Source: Hyaloraphidium curvatum SAG 235-1
Taxonomy: Eukaryota; Fungi; Monoblepharomycota
Assembly (NCBI GenBank): GCA_025558095.1
Contig: JAIVFI010000027.1
Coordinates: 62,001-126,000, forward strand
Length of the DNA stretch: 64,000 bases
Direction of reading: 5' to 3'
Position numbers and translations under genes: made by a program. Shown here one piece after another: positions 1-9,914 of this stretch. The notes beneath the pieces are model-generated. The model ran no database searches and was not told where the DNA came from. It worked only from the letters and a program-made list of their open reading frames with translations. Numbering within the stretch: the first letter of the stretch is position 1; every line of letters begins with the position of its first letter.

Positions 1-162
1 GGAGGACAGTCAGCTGGACGGGCATTTGACTCATCCGAGGCGCACATCAATCCGGTGACGTGCATTCGCAAGTGGAAGCAGAAGTTGGCGGACGGCATCA
101 ACAACAGCTTTAGAAGGGGACTTCACGCCGGGCGTAAACCGAGTATTCCTCTCAAACCCCCT

Positions 163-2274
163 CTACGCCTTCCCCGCGCCCTTCCACGACAGCAGCCCAT
201 CCGCGTCCACGCTGCACCTCTCCTCGATCACCGCCTCCACCCTCTCCCTGAGCCCCACCTTCCCCCTCCCGAAACCCTCGGGCACCCTGTCGCCGAACGG
301 CCTCCGCGTCGCGAGCAGCACGTCCCGCGCCCGCTCCATCGACTTGCGGTCCGCGCGGTTGAAGTACGGGTTCTCGGTGGGCGGGGTGCCCCAGTTCAGG
401 AGGAACCTGCACCGCGCGGGGACGGTCAGCGGAGGGCCGGGCGGGCGGCACGGGCAACGCACCAGTCGACCACCTCCTCCTTGCGGAACGCGTACTCGGG
501 CGCGTCCTTGAAATCCCCCTTGACCACCGCCTCCACGTCCCGCTCCCTCGGCAGAGCGCAGACGAACCGGTGCGGGTACTCGAAGTAGGTCCGCTCCGTC
601 CGGAGCTTGAGCTCGGTGTAGCGCCTGGGCTTGCCCGCCGGGGTGAAGTAGGTCTGCTCGACGTACTTGTCCGTGATGGTGTCGATGGCGCTCAGGGGCG
701 GGGTCCAGGCGGGGTCGGGCTGCTTGGTGATGAGGACGGCGGTGACGCCGGTGGCGAGGTCGGGGGAGTTGTTCTCAAAGTCCTGTGGGCACCGGCCACC
801 CAGTTGCTGTTAACGGCAGCGCGTGCAGACGGAGTCCGGGAGGTACCCACGACGAACTCCCTGCAAAGCCTGAACTCCATCCCAAACACCTCCGCGACGT
901 CCATCTGCTCCCCCTTCCTCGCCGCCCTCAGGGACACCTTCATCGCCGTCGGCGACATCTTCTCCAGCGTCGCCAGCGTCTCGAGCGCGAACGGGGAGCC
1001 GTCCTTGCTCAGACGCTGGAGGATCTCCTCGACGGTGTTGGCGGAGAAGCACGAGTCGATGGTGCGGCGGGCGTCGCCCGAGAGGGACCACGAGAGCCAC
1101 TGCTCCTTGGTCGGCGCCTCGGCTTCCCGAAAGACGGGGCGTCAGCATCGAGCACCGGGGTAGCGGAACGGCCCACCCACCGGCAAACTCCTCCACCACG
1201 CTCTCGACGACCCCGAGGTTGCCCTCCACCTCCCCCAACCTCCTCACCAGCGCCTCCACCCTCGCGCTCGGCACGTAGTGCGTCGCGATGCCCGCGAACA
1301 GGCACTCGATCCCCTTGAGGCGCTTCCCGGTGAGCCCGAGGTAGGTCCCGATCTCGCCGTCCAGGCGCGGGAGGAAGAAGGAGCCGCCGACGTCGGGGAA
1401 GAAGCCGATGGCGGTTTCGGGCATGGCGAAGAGGGTGCGCTCGGTGGCGATGCGGATGGGGGCGTGGACCGAGAGGCCGACGCCACCGCCCACTGTGGGT
1501 TAGGGGCAGGAGCGAGTGAATGGCGGACCAGCGCTCAATCCGACAGCGAAACCCACTTGTGATCCCGTCCATGATGGAAATCACCGGGGTCTCGATGGTC
1601 GCGATCATGTGGTCGAGGATGTATTCCTCGTCGAAGAAGGCGAGCGCCGAGGCCAGGTCGCCCTTCTGGGCGTCGAGCACGACGGTCTTGATGTCGCCGC
1701 CGGCGCAGAAGGCGCGGGCGTCGGGGGCCGAGCAGATGATGATGGTCTTGGCGAGGTCCTGCTGGTTCCATTCCTGGAAGGCGATCGGCGTCAGTGATCT
1801 TCCCCCCAAAATGGGCAGGCAAGGAGGTAGGCGATGGGAGGGAACGCGTCGAAACACCATTCTGGCGGCCCGAAACACGCCATCGACCCCTCCCAGTCCT
1901 CCCCCCACCCCCGAAATGATACCCACGCCGATGAACTTTGCCATCTCGGTGCACATGCCGGTGGACAGCGCGTTCAGCGCCTTCGGCCTGTTGAGGATGA
2001 GCAGGCGCGCCGAGCCCAGCTTGCGCGCCACGACCTCCGGGTCCGTCGGCAGCACGTGCAGCGGTGAGGGCACGTCCTGCGCGGCGGCGGGCGAGGCGTG
2101 GAACATGCGGGACTGGGCGGCGGCGGGCGCGGGGGCGGGCGGGAGGTGCGCGGCTAGCGCGCGCAGGCGGCGGGCGGGCGGCGCGGGCGGCGCGGGCATC
2201 GCGGCCCCGCGGAGGCGCCCGGCGAGTGACGCGGCGCGGACGCGCGGAACCCCGAGGGACGCCGCGCGGATCAT
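163..2274 (-). CDS. EHD3: Mitochondrial 3-hydroxyisobutyryl-CoA hydrolase (HIBCH/Ehd3, crotonase family), about 6 exons
   Basis: Arg/Ala-rich presequence; motifs [35 protein letters not shown] and [17 protein letters not shown], joined across GT-AG introns (e.g. ~1773-1927, ~1493-1557); stop TAG at 163. Confidence 0.92.
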
Positions 2275-2417
2275 CTGCCGCCCTGCGGAATACAGCGGCC
2301 CGGCTTGAAGCGACCAAACCCTTGGCGGTAAACAATCTCAAACAACGGCACGGCGCGTCGAGCTATCCAGCTTCCAAACCCAAAAGCTTGACGGGCCAAG
2401 CTCTCCAGCTACAAGCC

Positions 2418-2858
2418 ATGCCCTCCATGGACGTCGACGGCTCCTGTCTGTGCGGCCGAATCACCTACCGCGCCCGCATCGACCCCACGCGCGTGCAGCT
2501 CTGCCACTGCACGCAGTGCCAGGCCTCGGGCGACACCTACCGCGCCGTCGTGCCCGTCCCCACCCCGGACTTTACCCTCCTTACGGGGACCACCAAAATC
2601 TACGTCAAAACCTCCGAATCGGGCTCCCGCCGCGCCCTGCACTTCTGCCCCGAGTGCGGGTGCCAGATCTACGGAGCCGCTGCAGAGGGCCCGAGCGCCG
2701 TCTACAGTCTGCGGATCGGGACCGTCGCGCAGAGGGCGCTGCTCCCGGCGCCGACTAGGCAGATATGGTGCCGGAGCGCGCTGCCGTGGAGCTTGGTCGC
2801 GGGGGTGACGCGGCACGAGCGGCAGCCCGAGGACGTGCTGGGGGCGCCGAAAGCCTGA
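2418..2858 (+). CDS. GFA/CENP-V (Mss4-like) zinc-binding protein, intronless
   Basis: Motifs GSCLCGRITY, CHCTQCQ, SESG..RALHFCPECG and QIWCRSALPW. Confidence 0.88.
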   Translation: MPSMDVDGSCLCGRITYRARIDPTRVQLCHCTQCQASGDTYRAVVPVPTPDFTLLTGTTKIYVKTSESGSRRALHFCPECGCQIYGAAAEGPSAVYSLRIGTVAQRALLPAPTRQIWCRSALPWSLVAGVTRHERQPEDVLGAPKA

Positions 2859-2955
2859 ACGCCCAATGTGTTTTGTTGTCTCGAAGGCTAACACTGAAGA
2901 TGACCCCGTGCTACTGCTCCGCGCCCTCCACCCTTTTTCGACCCCTGGAACCTGC

Positions 2956-4991
2956 TCACCTGCGCCCGGGCCCGCGCCTGTTGTCCAGGGGCCCGTCGCG
3001 GCGCTCGGCCATCACGGCCGTGGCGACGCCGGCGGCGGCGCTTCCGGTCGCGGCGGTGACGGCGGCTATGGAACGAACGCGCGTGAGCTTCCGATCCCCG
3101 CACCCCGCGCGACCGACTTGACGCACCGGCTCCGGCGAGGTGGTTGTTCTGCCCGGGGGTCACCGCGGCCACGACGGCCGCCTTCCCGACCACGCCCATC
3201 CCGTCCTTCTGCTGCGGCGGCGGGGCGGCGGCGGGCGGCGCGCCGACGGTCGGCGGGTTCCACTGCGTCACGGGGGGATTGACCGTCGTGTTGACGTAGA
3301 AGGTCTTGCCCGAGGCGGCGTCCACCTGCGCGATCCAGCCGGGGGGCAGCTGCGGCGCGGGGGCTGCGAGGAAGGGGATGGGGTTAGCGTGGGACAAGGG
3401 GTGTGACAGGGCATGATTGGGCTCACCGGCGACGGGGGCGGGGCCGGGCTGTGCGACCGCAGAGACCACGGCCGCGGTGGCGAGCGGGGACGGGCCGCCG
3501 GGGGTGGCCGCGGCGACTTTGTGCGGGGAGCACGGTCAGCGTGCGAAGCAGGAGCTACGAGCGTCGAGACCTACCGACGGCAGCAGTTGCAACCGGGGGC
3601 GGTCCTCCGGGGCCGGCAACGGCGGCTTCAGAAGAGCACGATCAGCACGCAACCCGACCACACTGCCCGAGGGGGCTTACCGGCAACCGCGACGGGGTGG
3701 TCGATCCCGGGCCCGCCGGGGCCGGGGTTGGCGATGTTGCTGACCACGGCCGCGGTCGCAACGGGGTGCTCGATCCCTCCGGGCTGGGCTGCGGCGGCGA
3801 CTAAGTGCGGCGAGCACGATCAGCGCAGGGAGCAAGAGAGAGAGATAGGAGGGAAAAGCAACAGGATCAGCGCTACGAACCCGGAGCGAGAGCGAAGCAT
3901 CGAGACCCACCGACGGCAGCCGTGGCGACCGGAGGAGGACCACCGGGCGTAGCGGCGGCAACAACCGCGGCGGTGGCGACCGGAGGCGGGCCACCAGGGG
4001 CCGCGACGGCAGCTTCAAGCAACAAGCACGATAAGCTTCGGATCAACGGCGCCGAGCACCGAAACCCACCGACGGCGACGGGGTTAACCGCAACAGGGGC
4101 GCTGGCCGGGGTGTTGGTGTGCACGGCGGCGGACTGTCCCTCCTCGGCGGCGCCGCGCTGGTCGTGCGAGAGCTGGTCCACGGCGACGGCGATGGCGATT
4201 ATCAGGTGCTCGTCGTAGTCGACGCCGGGCGAGATCTCGATGGTGTCTGCGCAGGGAGGATCAGGGAAGGTCGGCCAAGTGGGAGAGGGGCGGGGCCCAC
4301 AGTGGTCGACGAGGGCGATCCACTTCTTGGTGACCTCGGCGATCTGCTTCCTGCCGGGGCCGACGATGGTGTACTCGTGGTCTGGCAGGCGAATGCCGCA
4401 TCAGCGACCGATCCCTCGCGGGCGATCAGCGCGGGCGCCCACCGAGGATGTTCCCGCGGACCTCGAGGTCGGGCTTCCCACCGCGCATCTTGACCTCGTA
4501 CTCGTCGCGCACGACGTTGACCAGGTCCTTCTTGATGGTGCAGAAGGGCTCGCCCTTGCCGCCGGGGCGCTCGATGTCCATGGCCTGGCGCACCGAGACG
4601 GCCTTGCCCTGCATCTGGAGCAGCGCGGCGCCCTGCGGGGTCTCCATGACGAGGGTGTTGCGGAGGGTGATGGCCTTGCCGTCGATCTTGTAGGCCTTGC
4701 GGCCGACACCGTTCTCGATCCAGAAGTCGTCGCTGGTGGCGTCGGAGGGTAGCGGGGGGTGATCCGGGGCCGAAGGGTCGCTGGTCAGGCCCGTGCGGGC
4801 GATGGGTAGAGTCCACATGGCTGCTTACCCGATGGAGACCATGTTCTGCCTCATCTGGAGGGCGGCGAGCGGGATCAGCTCCGCGGGAGGCAGGAAACGG
4901 GCGGCGCGCGACGGACCTTGAACCGCCTGTCGCCGACCTGCCCGCCGGGGCCGCCGCCGAGGGGACCATCGCGCCTGTCGCCGAGACCCAT
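2956..4991 (-). CDS. LURP-one/scramblase-like (tubby C-terminal-like) domain + Pro/Ala/Val repeat linker + WW domain; multi-exon
   Basis: Spliced reading RFK|MRQNMVSIG|DDFWIEN..AYKIDGK..DLEVRGNIL|DHEYTI..IAEVTKKW..LIIAIAVAVDQL; WW domain LPPGWIAQVDAASGKTFYVNTTVNPPVTQWNPP; stop TGA at 2956. Confidence 0.75.
3425..4015 (-). repeat. Tandemly duplicated exon-intron units encoding (A/V)AA-PGGPPPVATAAV
   Basis: About six degenerate PGGxxxVATAAV units spread over four exons; neighbouring introns share gt(a/g)ggtctcga(c/t)gct and gctga(c/t)cgtgctc. Confidence 0.7.
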
Positions 4992-5503
4992 TTCGCGTGG
5001 AATGCAGGTGTGGAGGGGCGGTAGTTGGTGTCGGGGTTTGCGGGCGGCGCGAGGACCCCGAGCTCGTGGTCCCTGCTTATATGGGAGGCGGTCGGACGAA
5101 GGACCCTGATGCCGACCTCCGACAACGAGGGGATTCGGCCGTCGATGGCGACTGAGGACCGGCAAACGTGCTCCATGATTTGCATTGAATGAGAAGGGGA
5201 CCCATGCGGTGCACGGTAGCTCTTGCATGTCGCTCCCTGCGTTGCTGCCAAGGCCAGGGACAAGGCCAGGGACCATGGGGATGAATGACAGCGACAACGG
5301 CGCGAATCCCTCCACTGCGATGAGCAGAAGAGCTTTTGAGCAGCTCGTCACGGCAGGAAAGGTTTTGATGGATTTGCATGCAAAACGCGGGCAGCCGGAC
5401 GAGGCTGCGTGAGGCGGCCTTGGAGTGGCGAGCGGAGCGCGGTGCTGTGCCCAAGCAAGTCCCACGACTGGCTTCCCGGAATCTGCAGCTTCGACGGGCC
5501 GAT

Positions 5504-6793
5504 ATGGCGGCCGAGGACTGCCAGGGCTCCGCGGCTGCCGACGGGACCGCGACTCCGTGCGCCGCGGAGCGCGAACGCCGGCCGACGCTGCCGGTCGAAC
5601 TGCTGGAAGCCGTTGTTTCTGCGCTCGCCGAGTCGGGCGCCGGCGCGAAATCGGCCCTCGCTGCCTTCGCCTTGGCTTCGAGATTGTGCCGCGACATTGC
5701 CTTGCCGGTGCTGCTCCGCGATTTGGACCTGACAGCGACGGGCGGGTTCCGCGACGAACGCAAGGTGTGGGCCTTTCTGGGCGACGATCCGTCGACCGCC
5801 GCCACGCCTTCCGCGAAGTGGCCCTACGGATTTCTGCTGGACCCCTGCCTCGAAACACCGCCTCCGGTCGAGGGCGCCGGCAAGTTCGCCCTTGTTCGAA
5901 AGATCCGTCTCGAGGGCATCGGATACCGTCCCTCGCGCCAGCGCGTGCTCTGGCGATGCGCGCCCTTTCTCGAGCGCATTACCTACCTGGCGGAACACAA
6001 CGACCGGCACGGGGCGGTCGAGGCGCTGGTCCGGGTATGCAGGCACGCGCCGCGCCTCCGCGTTCTGGAGACGCGCGTCGAACACGCAAATTGGGCCTAC
6101 ATTCACCCGGACAGCTCGGTTCGGTTCCCCATGGGCAACTCTGAACACGCTATTCTGCGTCTCTCGGAGCCCCAGCCCGAGCTGGACGTCTCTCGACCGT
6201 CAGCCAAGGTGTGGTTCCATCGCACCGAGATTCCGTTCTACGAATACGCCTCGCCGGACGGAGATTACCTCTGGCGAACGACCGCCGACCCTTCTCTCGC
6301 TGGCGACGATTGTTTGCTCGTTCCCCGCCCCGCCTTCCCCGTCCCCCACGGCATTCCGGGCCTCACCGTCACCAACTTCTGCCTCGCGTCGCAGGAGGGC
6401 GACCCGTCAATGTTCCCGGGCCTATTGGACAAGCTATTCGGCCTCATGCCGAAGCTCAAACGGCTCATGATCGCGGGACCCTCGGCCGCCAGCCTGCTCC
6501 CGACCGCCTCCTTCCCTCCCACGCTCCGGGTCCTCGCCCTGACCTACATCCACCCCTCCATCCCGCCCTCGCTGTTCTCTTCCCTCCGCGCGCGCCTCGC
6601 GGAGTCGAACCTCAAGCTGCTGATCGTCGACGTGTCGGCGCCGGTCTGGAAGGACGAGATGGGGAGGGCCGAGCGGGAGTTTTGGAAGTCGGTGCCCAAC
6701 GTGCTGCTCGGGGCGACGGGCGGGACGAGGATGGTGTTCGGATTGGAGGCCCAGGGCCTGCCATGGCCGCCGTCTGCGGTGTACACGGAATGA
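5504..6793 (+). CDS. Hypothetical protein with F-box-like N-terminus and LRR-like C-terminal region
   Basis: LPVELLEAVVSAL..LAAFALASRLCRDIALPVLLR is F-box-like; LKRLMI, LRVLAL and LKLLIV repeats; single long ORF. Confidence 0.6.
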   Translation: MAAEDCQGSAAADGTATPCAAERERRPTLPVELLEAVVSALAESGAGAKSALAAFALASRLCRDIALPVLLRDLDLTATGGFRDERKVWAFLGDDPSTAATPSAKWPYGFLLDPCLETPPPVEGAGKFALVRKIRLEGIGYRPSRQRVLWRCAPFLERITYLAEHNDRHGAVEALVRVCRHAPRLRVLETRVEHANWAYIHPDSSVRFPMGNSEHAILRLSEPQPELDVSRPSAKVWFHRTEIPFYEYASPDGDYLWRTTADPSLAGDDCLLVPRPAFPVPHGIPGLTVTNFCLASQEGDPSMFPGLLDKLFGLMPKLKRLMIAGPSAASLLPTASFPPTLRVLALTYIHPSIPPSLFSSLRARLAESNLKLLIVDVSAPVWKDEMGRAEREFWKSVPNVLLGATGGTRMVFGLEAQGLPWPPSAVYTE

Positions 6794-6810
6794 TACCTCC
6801 CCTTCCATCA

Positions 6811-9769
6811 TTACGCATCCAGGAGCCAATCCAGGAGCGACGGGTAGGCATCGCGCCTGGCACCGAGCCCTGCCATCTTCCCCGAAAGCGTCCAGCTGGT
6901 CCGTACGCACAAAGCACACGGACCACCCCTCCCTCCGCATCTTCTTCATCTCCTCCTCGTCGATCCACACCTTGGCGATCCGGCTGACCGCATCCCACTC
7001 GTACGCGCTGACGAGCTGTAACAGCTCGCCCTTGGTGTAGTCCCGCGGGAGCACGATTTCGTCGCGGATCTTGGCGGGCGGCCCCACCGCACGGGCGTTC
7101 CAGAACAGGATCCCAAGCACCTCGGCCCTGGGATTGTGGTGGCTGCCGAAGCCGGCCCGCATGATCTCCCACGCCGTGGTGGGCATGAACGTGGCGTCCA
7201 GCCCCATGCGCAGCTCGATGGGCCGCATCTCGGTCCCGCGCAGGTTGACGGGAAGCCCCAATGCGGGGATCCAGCTAGCGGCCGCGGCGCGGATGTCGGC
7301 CCGGAAAGGGGTCAGATCGAAGCTGCGCGCTGGCACGGGGTCCGACAGCGACAGCGGCGTGGGGCTTTCTTCGGGCCAGCGAGCCTGCAGCTCGGTCCGC
7401 TGCCCCGCCGCCACGACGAGGTCGACGATCGGCACCAGCAAATGCTTCGGGTATCCGATCTCCAGCAGCCCTTCGACGGCGCGGAACCAAGCGTGGATCG
7501 AGTTGGGGCAGCACTCGCGGAAGCCCTGTCTGGACTCGCGCATCGGCGGCGCTAGGATCGAGAGGAGCAGACGGGACAGCCATGTCTTGACGTCCGCGGG
7601 GGATGCGAGGTCGGCGGGGGCGAGGGGGTCCAATGCGGCGTACTTCAAGTCGTCGTATAGTTCCCCGGAAAGATGGCGGGTGCCGAGCAGCTTCGGGTAC
7701 ATGGAGTCGTCCTGGATGAGCGTCGTGGCGTTCAGGGCGTGTGCGCGGCTTTTCCAGTAGCTGTTGTTGAGGAGCACGTTGTACCTGAAGTAAGCTTTGG
7801 GGTGTCGCTTGAGGGTGCGAGCTGCGCACAGGTGGGCCACAAGACTCGAGGTGTAGTCGGGAACCTGATTTGAAGGGGATCAGCGACATTTCGACTGCCA
7901 ACGACAGACAAGACCCACGTTGCTCATGAAGATCCGGTCGAAGGAAATGCCCCCGAGCCTGCACTGCTCCAGCGTCTGCGAAAGGTCTCCAAGGACAAAC
8001 GACACCCTCCAGACGTTGCGGCATGCCGACGCGGCCTCGGCGACCTGCTTGAACCAGTGCATTGCCCAACCGAGCAGCCCGTCCGCCCGATCTTCGGGCG
8101 GCGGCGCGACGATCTAGCACATGTAGAGGCTCCTGACCGCGCTGGCGGGGTTCCAATCGAGCCCCTTGTCCTCGATCTCGGATTCCCATAACACGGGGTT
8201 CGAGACCCAGTGCTTCAGCACGAGATCGAGGGCTTGCTGCCGCGCGGCTTCGACCGCAACGACATTGAACCCGTCCGTGTCGAGGAGGTCGAGGAGCGCG
8301 ATGTGGTACGTCTTGTCCAGCTCCCGTTTGATCAGGGAAATCGGCTCGATAAGCTCCTTCGGCTCGAAGCGCAAGAGGTTCCAAGTTGGAATCAGGAACC
8401 CGCTCATGGGCTTCTGCAGAACGCAGCGGAACTCGGCTCCGACGCCGGGGAGGTCCTCAGCGAGGCAGCTCACGTACATCGCCTCGGCGATGGACCCGAA
8501 CTTTCGCCGCCTTTTCTCCCTCCATCGTGTCCCCCGGAGCTGACGCAAAGAGCTTGTCGAAGAAGCTGGCCGGGAACTCGCTGAACCGTTCCTGGAACAA
8601 CTTGGCCTCGTGCTCGATGCCTTTCTGGCGCTGCGCCTCGTAGGCGATCTTGGCGGGGGCGCCCAAGTACGTGGTGTTGGTGACCACGCTGTGCTCACGC
8701 AGACCGTCTCGGCGGAACGGATCCGGGAACGGTCCGACCAGTAGTCCCAGAGCCTCGCCAGCTCATCCGAATTCCACATGGCCTCGTCCACGAACAAGCC
8801 CGTGTAATCTTCGAGTTCCTCGGTGTCCAGGCCCCGCACGTGCTGGATCAGGGCCACGAGCTGGTCGTAGATATGTCCGGGCATCACGGCCCCGACGAAG
8901 AGGTAGGAAGCCAGGGCCGCCAGGTTTTAAGGCTACGAGTTCGTCCCCCGGCTCGAGCCAGCCCAGACGGCGGAGAATCCTCAGCATGAGCGCGAGCCTT
9001 GCGAGGACGGGGTACTTCACGTCGTTGAGTACAAAGTGTACCTTAGGGTCCTCGTACGAGTCGGGATCCTCTACGAACCTTGACATGTCCAGCAGCGAGA
9101 GCAGCATGTGCCGCGCATCGTTGCAGCCGCCGAAAAACAGCTCGAACGGCTCTTCATCGGGGCCCGGCACGGGGCATCGAGATTCGGGATCGTCCGAGAA
9201 AGGGTCAAAGCCGCGAGGTTCTCCCTCGTCGCGGTTCGGGACCTTGAGGTCGTCGCCGGCAAAGGCCGAGAAAGCTCTGTCGTGGCCAACGGTGTAGAGC
9301 TCCCTGAAGGTAGTATCTTCTTGCAGTCGAAACCAGGGCTTATCGACCAGGAGTTTCCTCTGCAGTTCGGCCGGTTTGCCGGGAGACACCGATTCGAGAG
9401 CACGCGCGTCGGACGCGAGCTTGGATGCCTCCGCGCCAGAGAGGGAGGAAGCGAGGTCCAGGCAGGCCCGAAAGTCCCCGGAAAAGAACAGCGCTTTGGC
9501 CCAGCGCAACGCTTTCTTGGTCCTGAGCGGGGAGAGATCCTGCCCCGCTTTGCTTCCTCGTCAATGAGGTCTGCCACCTGTCGCGCAGTTTCAGCCGCTT
9601 CCTTGTACCGTCCGGACTCGAACAAGGCCGCAACCGCGTTGGAAAGGTACACCGCACTCGCGTTCCGGGCGAAGGCCTCGCGGTACTTTGCGAGGGCCTC
9701 CTCGAGGTGCCTCGCGGCGTAAAGCACGTTGCCCTCGGCCTTTAGCTTTTCCGCGGTCGTCGCCATCAT
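6811..9769 (-). pseudogene. TPR + DUF4470-family protein disrupted by about 5 single-base frameshifts and an in-frame stop
   Basis: TPR AEKLKAEGNVLY..YLSNAVAALFESGRY; DUF4470-type motifs YTVGHD, LFFGGCNDARH and FDRIFMSN|VPDYT (intron ~7866-7917). Frame changes at ~9548, ~8923, ~8702, ~8519 and ~6898; TAG at 8114-8116. Confidence 0.75.
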
Positions 9770-9914
9770 TTCATTCAGGAAACGGGAGGTTCTGCGCGTC
9801 TGATTCGGAAACGACGCGTGAGGGCGAAGGGATCGCGCAGCCCTTTCGCCGCGTCGAGTCGGTCATTCGTTGGAGGGCCACCGAGGTCGCAGGTAGCGAG
9901 CATGAGCTGCGAAT

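Noticed and set aside
8114-8116. In-frame TAG as evidence of stop-codon reassignment or readthrough
   Set aside because: TAG ends several intact genes here (EHD3, pLGIC, lipase), and the same gene also carries multiple frameshifts.
6811-9769. Programmed ribosomal frameshifting
   Set aside because: The shifts are of mixed sign, occur at many sites and lack slippery heptamers. Decay or sequencing error is simpler.
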